From contig NC_087467.1 of NCBI RefSeq assembly GCF_036321535.1, forward strand, positions 13,702,001 through 13,766,000: DNA of 64,000 nucleotides. Direction: 5' to 3'. A program made the position numbers and the translations under genes. The DNA comes from Camelus dromedarius. Taxonomy: Eukaryota. The notes beneath the pieces were generated by a model. The model made no database searches. It was not told the DNA's origin and saw only the letters and a program-made list of their open reading frames with translations. Below are positions 1 through 11,439 of this stretch, one piece after another (within the stretch, counting starts at the first letter, position 1; the number at the start of each line of letters is the position of its first letter).

Positions 1-1027
1 GCCCACACAGTTCCCATTGAGAATGATAAATCGGAGACAGTAGTGCATCTCTATCTTCCCTCTAAGGGTCAGATGAAATCAGAGGCAGCTCAAACCACAG
101 CCAGCCCTTGAACGGAGGCACACAAACTTTTATTTGAGCCAGATTCCATTCTGATGAGCACTGCACTTTTTTCGAAAGAGGATCCCAAACTTTGACTATG
201 ATCCACCCTGGCCTGGTGCAGGACTCATGCCTTAAGTATGTTTACCCACCTAATTAGCGAGAGCAGTTCTCATAATGAGTGCCAGCAGCAAAAAAGAGTA
301 TGTTCCCGAAATGGGCACAAGGAAGGACTCTTGGATAAAAAGTCAGCTACAGCTCCCCCTTCGCAAGGTATAGAATAAAATATCCGTAAGTCCTGATAGA
401 CTTCTTCTAGAATTATTTCTCCATGCCTAAGTCCTTTGAAGTCCCTCTGGCAGTTTTGGAGGTTTTTCTACTAATGTCCAGCACCTCTATGAGGCTGCTT
501 TCCAACGGAATGGGCAGTAATTGTGCTCCTACTTGGTTTTTAAAGACTTGATTTCTGGCTTATAGAGTGGCCTTTTATTTTTCCTGAACTTGCTCAGAAT
601 AACAAAGTAACTTTCTTTATATTAGGAGGACTTTAGGGCAGAGATATCTATGCTAATTTCTCTCTCTCCCTCTCTTTTTGCTTTAGGATTATTTAAACTC
701 TATGGCAAGACTATATTCTAGATTTAATTTTCTTCTTATGGGAGCAGAACAGAGACCTCCATGTCTCAGGTTAGCCACACCCTTTATCATGGATTCTAAG
801 CCATTATTGTTCACATGGAGGGAGATACTTGGACATCTCTGTCAAATGGCTTGACCAGACAAAGCAAGGAACCACATCCCCACTACCACTCCGATGAACT
901 GTAACCACAAGACCTAGAACTTGCACTGGAACTTTTTGTCTCTTCTTGGTGTCTACAACTTCATGACCTCTTCTAGATCCACTGAAGTAATTAAATTATA
1001 TAGGAGCTTGTGAATTGGTGAAGTGCC

Positions 1028-1062
1028 TAATAATAATAAATAATAATAATAATAACAATATT
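1028..1062. repeat. (AAT)n microsatellite
   Basis: taataataataaataataataataataacaata read directly. Confidence 0.9.
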
Positions 1063-1074
1063 ACTATTTTAACT

Positions 1075-1305
1075 ACCCTTTATTGAACATTTATTATGCA
1101 CTTATTACATTAGGCACTTTTCTAAGTTCGATTACATTAACTCCTTGAACCTCTATCACAACCCTGATGTGGGAACTATTTCTATTTTGCTGGTGTTAAC
1201 AATCAAGGTACAGAGAGGATATGACATTGCCCAAGACCACAAAGATTGTGAGTGGTAGAATTGGGCTTAAAACCTAAGTAGTCTGATTCCTGGGTCCAAG
1301 GTCAT
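1075..1305 (-). mobile_element. MIR SINE
   Basis: acagagaggatatgacattgcccaagaccaca...gtggtagaattgggcttaaaacc matches the reverse complement of the MIR core. Confidence 0.8.
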
Positions 1306-1748
1306 GTACGAAGCTCTCACTGTTCTAGAATTCTGTATACATTATCTGATTTAAGCCTCAAAACAGACTCTGCTCTCTCACCCCATATTCGATCTACTAT
1401 GCCATAGGGATTCTTTAGATTTTCTGCCTGGTAATACGGGACTTCTTTAGAAGGCTTGAACAAAGGCTCAGCAGAAAGGACCTACTAAGTACCAGTCATC
1501 CTCTGATACCACTCCCTGTGCTTACCAACCACTCTTTAAGAAAGTTCAACATTGCTCAGTACAGATGCCTGGGTAAAAAGCACAGAGCCCATCCAGCAAA
1601 TGCTGACACAAGGGAGTGGTGGAGAAAAGATCACAGAGCCTAGAAGCCAGGAGGGGAGGGAAAAGAAGGCAGAGGAGAGGCTTTGGAACACAAAAGCCAC
1701 AGACTCTTGGGGGTTTGGTGGCCAGCTGCTCACATCTTTGCATAAAAC

Positions 1749-1780
1749 ATGCGCACAGGAGCGTTGGGGATACGGTAAGT
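1749..1780 (+). other. Candidate exon end with consensus splice donor
   Basis: CG|GTAAGT at 1773-1780 with locally retained CpGs. ATG at 1749 has A at -3 and reads MRTGALGI(R). No downstream exon identified. Confidence 0.25.
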
Positions 1781-2679
1781 ACGGCTCCCGGGGGCAGCCA
1801 GAAAATTGGAGAATCTGCCTTGGTAAGGAGAGGAGTTTAGGAAAATGGGGGAAAGGAGGCTTTTCTTTTGCATGTGCCTAAGAAATGCATATTGCACAGA
1901 GCTAAGAGGAAAATTAGGACAATTCCAGTGCTAAGACACTGCTTTAAATTCTCCTGGCAACATCTAACATCCTCACTAACACAGAGGGGAGTCTAGCCAC
2001 CTGTCAACCTCAAGACACACTACCTACTGTTGGGGGAGATATTCTAGACAGGAAGGAGCCTGCCACAATAATTACAGCACGTTGTGATGGCCTTAAACAG
2101 TGGCATACTCAGTGTTTTATCTAAGGTCTTTTGTCAGCCCCTCTGAAAGCATCAGCTAACCAGGCACGCTTTACCGGCCAAAGAAACTGATGTTTGGCTT
2201 TGGGTGATTTGTGGGATCTAAATTTTCATTATTCTGAAGGTATTATAGCCCACAATTGAAAACCTCCAAGGAAAGCATGCCAGGTGCCAGAAATGACAGA
2301 GAAATCTAGGGACAGTAAGATTGTTTAATTACACACACAGGATTTTTAATGGATTCATTCCACTTGAGGAATGTGCAAGTATTTAAAATTTTTAAATAAA
2401 AAACAAAACTTTAAATACTTTTATTCAGTGAAAGAAGGGAGCTTAAGAATTTGAAAATTATTTACAAAATAATTAGAACAGAACCAATGAGTAATAAAAG
2501 TCTGCTGCTTTATGGAATGAAAATTCCAGATCAGATGGCAAAGACTGGAGAAGATGGGACATAAGTCCTATTCCTCAGGAAAGCATGGCTAGAAGAAAGA
2601 CGTCTTGTTCTGGCCTTCTTCATTCCTATGCAGAGAGAAGACAAGATGTTGCAACCAGCATGACTGGGGAGTACAACAA

Positions 2680-2990
2680 GTTGATTTATGGGGTACATTA
2701 AAACAATTAAATATGTATAGTCTGATTAAGTCATGACTGGCAGGGAATATCATAAGTGTCTACTAAATTTTGAAGGTGTAAACATTAAGAATATAAAGAA
2801 TTGTTTACTTTAATTCAGGAGGACAAACTATTAGAACTGAGGAGATTCTAGGATTGAAAGCAGTCTGGAAATTGAGAAATCCTTCATGATGGGAGACCCA
2901 GTTAAGTCATGATTAATCTCCCAGAGGCAAGTTGTGAAGATATATCAGTTGAGACTTTTAAATGAGGCTTTTTAGAATGCTCTAAGGTCA
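2680..2990 (+). mobile_element. CR1/L3 LINE relic (ORF2 C-terminus)
   Basis: Degenerate translation KQLNMYSLIKS*LAGNIISVY*ILK ... NLPEASCEDISVETFK resembles the CR1 ORF2 tail KELNLFSL.KRRLRGDMITVYKYLK ... NSLP.EVV.A.SLE.FK. Confidence 0.65.
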
Positions 2991-3064
2991 GAATAATTCT
3001 GGGCCTGATATTACTGGGAAGGGTCATATGCACTGGTGGGTCCAAGTCCTGAATGTATATTAAA

Positions 3065-3160
3065 ATACAGGTGCTTTCTTTCTAAGATCACCTTGGAGAT
3101 TCTGAATCAGAAGGTTTTGGTAGGGCATTGGAATCCACATATTTTAAAAGCTCCTTAGGA
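3065..3160. mobile_element. MER5-like hAT MITE fragment
   Basis: ggagattctgaatcagaaggttttggtagggc...ttttaaaagctcc is typical of MER5A/B. Confidence 0.5.
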
Positions 3161-3689
3161 TTCCAGCAAGACTCGTGTAATAAGTATCACACTTACCTTC
3201 CCACTATAACCAATTATAAAACTGGACATATTCTTAGGTATTTTACAACATACCGAGAATGGGAGAAACAAAAAGGTCAGCTCCATATCCACCTGAGCAT
3301 TCTGCCTAGGGGCACTTATTAAACCAGCACAGGAAAATGAAGTCAAATCACAGGTCTTACTGGGAGAAGTGCCCTGACAATTAAGTGAGCTAATCCATGT
3401 GAAGCAGTTAACGCAATGATTTACATGTACTGAAGTTTATATTGTAGTTATTATTAGAACTCATCTCCAAAATAATAATTTTCTCAAAAAGAACACTGCC
3501 ATCTTGCAGACTTCAGGGAAACTACTACTAAATAAACAGAAATAACAGTTGAAATTTTATAACTATAGAAATATAATTGATTTTGTTTTAATTCCTATAC
3601 TGCCATTTATTTAGGATATCTTTTATTTCTATGTTCAATTAGAGTTTGATGTAGAATTTGTGGGGTGGACACCAGGGAGGAATTATATA

Positions 3690-6010
3690 CACAGAGAGGA
3701 CCCCTATAAACCTACATAGGTGTTCCCTTACATCTTTGGCCAAATATGAATCTGTACACAATGACAGGGTTAGATTCTGTGAGACCTAGCAGAGTACAGC
3801 TACTGGGGAGTTGTGGAAAAAACAGACACTTTCAAGGTGCACAGGACTGGGAGATGTTAAAGTTCTCACCAATCAGAGTGAACAGAACTCTCTGAAACTC
3901 TTCAGGTATTCAGTCAAGACCCCAGAAGTCCACATCTTAGTAGCAGGGTTATTTTAGATCTCTGTAACAAACCCTGAAGTCAAGCCTTAATAGGCTTATG
4001 CTGATTTGCCACTAAATTAGCTTTCTGCTCATCTAAAACTCAGCTTTCTTTCTAGATGGGCATTTTTTTTTTAAATCCATATTCTCAATAATGTAACAGC
4101 CACAATGTCTAACACATAATAAAAAATAAATTAGACATCCAAAAACACAGGAAAATGTGTCCCATACCCAAGAGAAAAACCACCAATATAAACAGACCCA
4201 CAGATAATGCATATATTTATTGGAATTAGCAGAGGATTAGTTTAAAACAGCTATTATAAATATTTTCAGTAATTTAACAAAAAAAGATGGGCATATGAGT
4301 AAACAGATAGGGACTCTCAGGAGAAAAATGGAAATTATTTTAAAAGAACCAAGTGGAGAGTCTAGAATTAGTACAACATTTGAAGTAAAACATTCAGTGG
4401 GTAAGCTTGAGAATGCATTAGAGACTGCAGAAGAGAAGATCAGTGTACTTAAAACAGGCAAATAGAAACTATCCAACCCGAAATGCCTAAAGAAAAAGGC
4501 TGGAAAAAATAAACAGATTCTCAAGGACCTAATAAATAATAGCAAAAGGGTTAACATCTGTGTAGATTAATAAAAGGAGAGAATAAAAGGAGAAAGAGAT
4601 TGAGGCCACATGGAGATATATTGGGCCAGAAAAATATATATATTTCAAGAAATAATGACCAAATATATTCCAAATTTCACATCAATCCACAGATGTAAGA
4701 AGTCTCAACAAACCTCAAGCAGGATAAATATTTAAAAAAAAAATACTATGCAGGCAAAATATAGTAACATTACTGAATAACAATTGTAAGAAAATCTTAA
4801 AAGCAGTCAAGGTAAAAAGATACATTACATTCAGGGCAACAATGATATGAACGAAAGGTGATCTCTCCTTAGAAATAATGCAAAGCTGAAGATAACGGAA
4901 AGACATATTTAAAATACTGAAAGAAAAATATCTATCACCCTAGAATTCTATATCCAACCAAAAGTACCCTTCAAAAATGAAAGAAAAAGCATTTTTAGAC
5001 AAACATAAGCTGAGAGAATTCACTAAGAGGAGACTTGTACTGTAAGATGTTAAAGGAAGTTCTTCAGGTTAAAGACAAATGATACTAGAACTCAAATCTA
5101 CATGAAAAAAATAAATAAATAAAAAGTGCTAGAAACAGCAAATATACTGGTAAACAAAAGACTTCGTCTTGTTTTTATTTCTTCAGTAGCAGATTTTCTT
5201 AAAAGCAAAAATATTAACAATGTATTTTAGAATTTTAACATACATGAGAGAAAGTACACTATAATAAGCCAAATGGAAGTATATCCTTGTAAGGTTCTTG
5301 TATGTGGTAAGTGGTAAAATAGAAATTCAAGGTAGGCTCTAGTAAATTAGGAATACATATTGTAATACATAACAACCACCTTAAAAATAAAACAGAGAGA
5401 GCTATAAACCAATGGTGGAGATAATATGTAATAATATAAAATAATTAATCTAAGAAATGCAGAAAAGGAGAGAAAAGATAGCAAAGAACAGATGAGACAA
5501 ATAGAAAACAAATAGCAAGATTGTAGATTTAAATGCTATCACATTAATAAACACATTATATCTAAATGGACTAAACACTGCAATTAAAAGGCAGAGATTA
5601 TTTGACTAAATAAAAAGAAAGACCCAAACACATATTGTTTAAAAGAGACGATTTTTTAAAATAGACACACATTAGTTAAAAGTAAAAGAATAGAAATCAT
5701 GTATTATACAAACACTAATCATAAGAAAGCTGGAACAGCCATGTAGGTATCAGACAATGTATACTTGAAGACAAAACAGAGATGAAGAGGGACATATCAT
5801 AACGATAATAAAGTCAATTTATCAAGAAAAAAAGCTTACATTTGTATGTACCAAGTAACAGAGCTCTGAAATACTTGAATCAAAAACTGTCAGAAATAAG
5901 AAATAGACAAATCTACAATTACAGTTGGAGATTTTAGCACTCAGAAACTCACCCAAATAAAGTCGACAAGAAATCAGTAAGGGTAGAGATTTGAATAACA
6001 CTATAAAAAC
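3690..6010 (+). mobile_element. Old L1 (L1M-type): 5'UTR, ORF1 remnant and start of ORF2 endonuclease
   Basis: A-rich + strand. ORF1-like segments (ccctagaattctatatccaaccaaaagtacccttcaaaaatgaa) and endonuclease-like segments (aatggactaaacactgcaattaaaaggcagagat; aagaaagctgga) with many stops. Confidence 0.85.
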
Positions 6011-6354
6011 TTCCTTAGGTGAATTTAATGCTCCTCATTCTTTGACTTGTTTGAAACCTACTGACTTATTCCATCTCTTTAACTTTCAGCAAAACCATTC
6101 CAACCAGACAAGTCACTAGTTTATTTATTAGGAGGATAAATCCAGAACCTCTTCAAGTAACACATCGGTTTCTAATCAGAAAAAATTCTTTCTTTTTTAC
6201 AATCTGAAGCCACATGATTCTGCTTAAATACATTTACTTCCCTGTGGTTTTACATAGAATAGACTTTTAGAAATGAAGAAGTTTTAAAGATCACATAGTC
6301 AAATGCTCCATTTTACAGAATAGAATCTATTGATTCTTTGTATCCCAGTTTAAT

Positions 6355-6480
6355 AGTCACATCCCCATTTAAAGATAAGAAAGCAGTGTCTCAGAAAAGA
6401 TAATTTGATCAAGATCATACAGTCAGTAAGTGGTAGAGCATGGATTCTAACCTACACAGTCTAAGTCTAAAGCCCACTAT
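6355..6480 (-). mobile_element. MIR fragment
   Basis: ccccatttaaagataagaaagcagtgtctcaga...gatcatacagtcagtaagtggtagagc. Confidence 0.7.
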
Positions 6481-7529
6481 CCTCATAAGAGTGGGTAAAT
6501 GCCTACTGAATTGGGATAATCAAGATGTCATCCATTCCAATGATGCTTTGATATAGGTACAGATGATTACGGATGGAGCCAACAGTAGAATCCTGATCCC
6601 CTGCACCCTAACACCTTCCATTCTACCACAATGTCTTAAAAAAGGCAAATTAAAATAAGACAATTAGTTTTTCAGTCTAATCTATTTCGATCTAATCTCT
6701 AGGTTTTAAATCTAATCTCTTACAACTAAAATTGTGATAGCTTCAAATGAGATCAATCCACTCTGAAGTACAAGAAAATATGTGGCATCTAAATTTTCTA
6801 TTTTAAACTTATTGCACCTAAAATCTAACCAATGATTTGGAATGACCAAGGGAGGTATCTTTGTCAAGCAATAACACTCAAGCATAAGAAATAAAAGTTA
6901 GCACATGTCTATATTGCAAAATACAAGAAGGGAGATGCAGCCAATAGCCCACAAAGAATGGGCTAAAATAGGAATAATAAACTAGAAAAATGACCAGGCT
7001 GAACTGTAGAGGATTATACTAGTAAGACAATGGAAACATGATTGTAAATAAATCACACACACATAATGAAACCAGTGCATGAAGTGAAACAACTGGTGAG
7101 GACCCTGACCATGCCGAAATAGGACAGCCCAGGTAATTCTGGGATGGATGAATAGGGCCAAGTTTAGGAAGTCAATGTGTTAATCCACACAAAGAGATCA
7201 GAGTCACAAAAAGCAGGTCAGGTCTAGAACAGTGGACACGCAAATGTCACCTAATGAAACAGGAATTCTGGGAATATCAAATCAACCACATTTTCTTGGT
7301 CATAATGTTGGTCCCAGTCAAAACGGGATCTACAGGTAAAGACAGTCCACCATGTGGAAGTATTTGAGGTGCACCCTTAGGGGTCTAAACTTGGTCTTAT
7401 CAAAAAGATCATCCCTGTAAACCTGTCTCAGACTGAAGACTTGATTCTAAAGAGTTGTTTGTGAATAAGAGAATTTTAATTGAGTTTAAGAAAGTATGTA
7501 ACCTTGTAGTGATTACATTAGGAAGGATT

Positions 7530-8640
7530 AGTTGGGCATGGCCCTTGAAGTCAAACACCTAAATTCCAATTCTGACTCTACTCCTTTTTTTTTTTAACTT
7601 TTTTTTTATTGATTTATAATCATTTTACAACATTCTGTCAAATTCCAGTGTAGAGCACAATTTTTCAGTTATACGTGAACATGTATATATTTATTGTCAC
7701 ATTTTTTTCTCTGTGAGCTATCATAAGATCTTGTATATATTTCTCTGTGCTATACAGTATAATCTTGTTTATCTACTCTACAGTTTTGAAATCCCAGTCT
7801 ATCTCTTCCCACCCCCCGCCCCCTTGGCAACCACAAGTTTATATTCTATGTCTGTGAGTCTATTTCTGTTTTGTATTTATGCTTTTTTTTTTTTTTTAGA
7901 TTCCACATATGAGCGATCTCATATGGTATTTTTCTTTCTCTTTCTGGCTTACTTCACTTAGAATGACATTCTCCAGGAGCATCCATGTTGCTGCAAATGN
8001 NNNNNNNNNNNNNNNNNNNNNNNNNNNNNNNNNNNNNNNNNNNNNNNNNNNNNNNNNNNNNNNNNNNNNNNNNNNNNNNNNNNNNNNNNNNNNNNNNNNN
8101 NNNNNNNNNNNNNNNNNNNNNNNNNNNNNNNNNNNNNNNNNNNNNNNNNNNNNNNNNTGAGGTAGGATTCCTTCTGGTTATATGCCCAGGAGCAGGATTC
8201 CTGGGTCATATGGTAANNNNNNNNNNNNNNNNNNNNNNNNNNNNNNNNNNNNNNNNNNNNNNNNNNNNNNNNNNNNNNNNNNNNNNNNNNNNNNNNNNNN
8301 NNNNNNNNNNNNNNNNNNNNNNNNNNNNNNNNNNNNNNNNNNNNNNNNNNNNNNNNNNNNNNNNNNNNNNNNNNNNNNNNNNNNNNNNNNNNNNNNNNNN
8401 NNNNNNNNNNNNNNNNNNNNNNNNNNNNNNNNNNNNNNNNNNNNNNNNNNNNNNNNNNNNNNNNNNNNNTCCTTGGAGAATTGCTTGTTTAGGTCTTCTG
8501 CCCATTTTTGGATTGGGTTGTTTATTTTTTTTTTATTGAGCCAATTCTGACTCTACTCCTTGCTTGCTGTGTGCTCTTAGGCAAGTCACTTGGTCTCTAA
8601 AAACCTCAGTATTCTCATCTGTAAAATGGAGCTAACTCAC
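7530..8640 (+). mobile_element. MIR split by an L1 insertion (halves ~7530-7586 and 8541-8640)
   Basis: The right half cttaggcaagtcacttggtctct...ctcagtattctcatctgtaaaatgg continues the left half once the L1 is removed. Confidence 0.75.
7587..8540 (-). mobile_element. Young 5'-truncated L1 (camelid L1_Vpa-like 3' end), ~950 bp
   Basis: Poly-T at 7585-7610, then an L1 3'UTR (ttctgtcaaattccagtgtagagcacaatttttcagttatac). TSD ccaattctgactctactcctt at 7566-7586 and 8541-8561. Confidence 0.92.
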
Positions 8641-9920
8641 ATGCACAACTGTGACTCCAATGCGATATGTACACTTCTTAAATGAGGGCCAATCACCATA
8701 TGTACTCAGTAAATATTGGCTTCCCATTCATTCCCCTTCTATGGCTGTGGTGGCAGAAATAAGATTTTAAGGAGTAAGACAATGGATAGCTAGATTCTGA
8801 AGGTGAGGCAAAAGGAGGGAAAGAAACCCAGAAAAACAGAGAACTCACAGGAGGAAGGAGATTGGGGGTCAGGGAGAGGGACTCCAAAATAGACTTTACC
8901 AGTGTTGTCTGTTTTATCATCCTGTTTAGACAAAGACCAGTTCCAGGAAGAGCGTTTCTTCTCTAATCATTGGGTGAGCACTGCCATCAGGTTGGGATTC
9001 TAAAAAATGATCCACGGAAGGACCTGAGAAGATGAAAGATGCCTGCTGCTCAGACTGGCCAGGCAGGCATCCCTGCCTGCTCAGTATGCCATGGGCAGCC
9101 ACTCCCATATCGGCACCTTGCTCTGAAGAGTGGGAACTTCCCAGATAAAGAAAAACCGTTTTCCAGGCAGTCATAGAGAATAGCTGCCTTTTTCGGCTAG
9201 AAACTCCTCCAAGTCCATTTGTCCTGACCTTGATCAAAGTTTCCCTGCTGTGGTTTGGGATATTGTGGTGCAGTGTTTGATAGAAAGAATTTACTCTACA
9301 GAGAAAAATTCTAGGATAGCCACCCAGAGGACACTGATTATAAAGTACTCATGTGACAAAGCCAGCAATCCTCACATCCAGATGTCAAAAGCTGGTTAAT
9401 TAAGATTAAGACATATTTGCTTTAGCAAGTCCAGTCAATCCAATTCCAGTATGGTTCTTTCCTATTGTTCATTTCTACAGAAATTTCTTTGTCTCTGTAG
9501 AGCAACTGTAAGTAGAAGGAATAAGCAGAATTTCACAACAGTGTTTCTCAAGCAACAGGGAAGAATAGCTTATGTATTTGAAAAGAGAAAGGGAAATTTT
9601 TAGGAAAGAATTAAATGGGCTAGTCATCAAGCTATCGTTTTTTAACAGAAAGCCTTTGCCACAACTTTAAATAGTACAAAAGGTAAAGTTAAGGGTTTCA
9701 ATGGACCTTAGACGCGACGGAGCAGAATGAAAGCTCGGGGCTGAGTGGCATTCCCACTTCCCCAGCACACGCAGGTAATATGCTCCATCTTGACTCAGAA
9801 GAAGTTTCCCCACCGAGTCAGTCATAAATGCTGCTGCTGACATTTCCATTTCTCTCTTTGCTTGACTATAGTACCAGGACCCAGAGAACAGTGCTGGTAC
9901 AATTTGCAAATTAAGATGAT

Positions 9921-11045
9921 NNNNNNNNNNNNNNNNNNNNNNNNNNNNNNNNNNNNNNNNNNNNNNNNNNNNNNNNNNNNNNNNNNNNNNNNNNNNNNNN
10001 NNNNNNNNNNNNNNNNNNNNNNNNNNNNNNNNNNNNNNNNNNNNNNNNNNNNNNNNNNNNNNNNNNNNNNNNNNNNNNNNNNNNNNNNNNNNNNNNNNNN
10101 AAAGTTAAAAGCTGTTGAGTACGGATAACGATCAAATTCTAAACAGAACTCAAGAGAGGAACCAAAACGATCTGAAAAGAGAGTTTTTAATGGGATTTAT
10201 TAGCGAGACCATCCTTGGGAATTATAGTGACATACATATCAGAGTTTTGCAAAGGCAAATTACACTATGTTGGGCATTATTNNNNNNNNNNNNNNNNNNN
10301 NNNNNNNNNNNNNNNNNNNNNNNNNNNNNNNNNNNNNNNNNNNNNNNNNNNNNNNNNNNNNNNNNNNNNNNNNNNNNNNNNNNNNNNNNNNNNNNNNNNN
10401 NNNNNNNNNNNNNNNNNNNNNGGCAGTAATCTTACATAATTTACAACGTAAAAGGACATTTCCATGTCCAGGAATTGTGGTTCATCAGCATTGTAAAAAT
10501 GGACCCATGCAACTCATTTTGATGCAAAAGTCATATTAAAATCTTCAGGCAGCTGACTGCTCCACTCAGCCCATTCCTCCCGTTGAAAGTCACACTCACA
10601 ACAGATAATATTTGTGGGTGCTCCAGGAGAAAGACAAACACATGACCTTCAAGGAGAAAGAGGGCAAACTGAAGGGACAAGCCCAATTCTCCAGATCCTG
10701 AAGAAGCCCTGCTCAGTTACCCAGCGAGGCTGTGCTGGCGGGGTTCTCTATCTAGCCCTACACAGGCTCACGGAAGCCCTGAACGATTTCATTATCTCCC
10801 ATCTTCCAAAGGGAGAAAGAAGGAGGCTGCTCTCCTATTTCATAATAATTGGATGAAGAAATCTGGGTGGGAGTACAATTCATTTCAAAGTTTGATGAAT
10901 TATTTACCAATTAAAGANNNNNNNNNNNNNNNNNNNNNNNNNNNNNNNNNNNNNNNNNNNNNNNNNNNNNNNNNNNNNNNNNNNNNNNNNNNNNNNNNNN
11001 NNNNNNNNNNNNNNNNNNNNNNNNNNNNNNNNNNNNNNNNNNNNN
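9921..11045. other. Three N runs (9921-10100, 10282-10421, 10918-11045) in unique sequence
   Basis: Read directly. Other N runs are at 8000-8157, 8217-8469, 20500-20664, 51678-51872 and 63718-63865. Confidence 0.95.
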
Positions 11046-11439
11046 ACAATCCATACACAGGCAAATTGGCTAATTTTATGTTAGGAAAATAACCTGGCAA
11101 TTTTTCTAGTACTTATCTGTGTGGTGCAGTTTAATAACATTTTATAGAATGAGAAATGAGCAGACTAGCTGGGTGGCTGGTGTTGAAAAGCCACTGTTTA
11201 GTGGTGAGGGAAAAGGAAAGAGTTCACGAGATTCTGATAGAAAATGAATCCCAAGAAAATCGCCTTTTGTTGCTTATCAGGTGGCAACATGAAAGTCTAT
11301 GTTATGTGGAATCAAAGCACCAACTCCAGGGTCAGGAGATTTGGTCAGAGACTCAGTCCCTGCTACTCACTCACTACCCATAGACTCTGAGCAGGTCACC
11401 TGCCTTCTCAGTTTTGTCTTGTGAAATACGGATAGCCTA

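Noticed and set aside
345-365. AGGGGGAGCTG CTCF-like half (also 44590 and ~46000)
   Set aside because: The 5' CC of the core motif is missing.
7909-8550. ORFs spanning N runs (also 9862-10539, 20385-21003, 51323-51992, 63657-63999)
   Set aside because: Their length comes from X codons in masked sequence.
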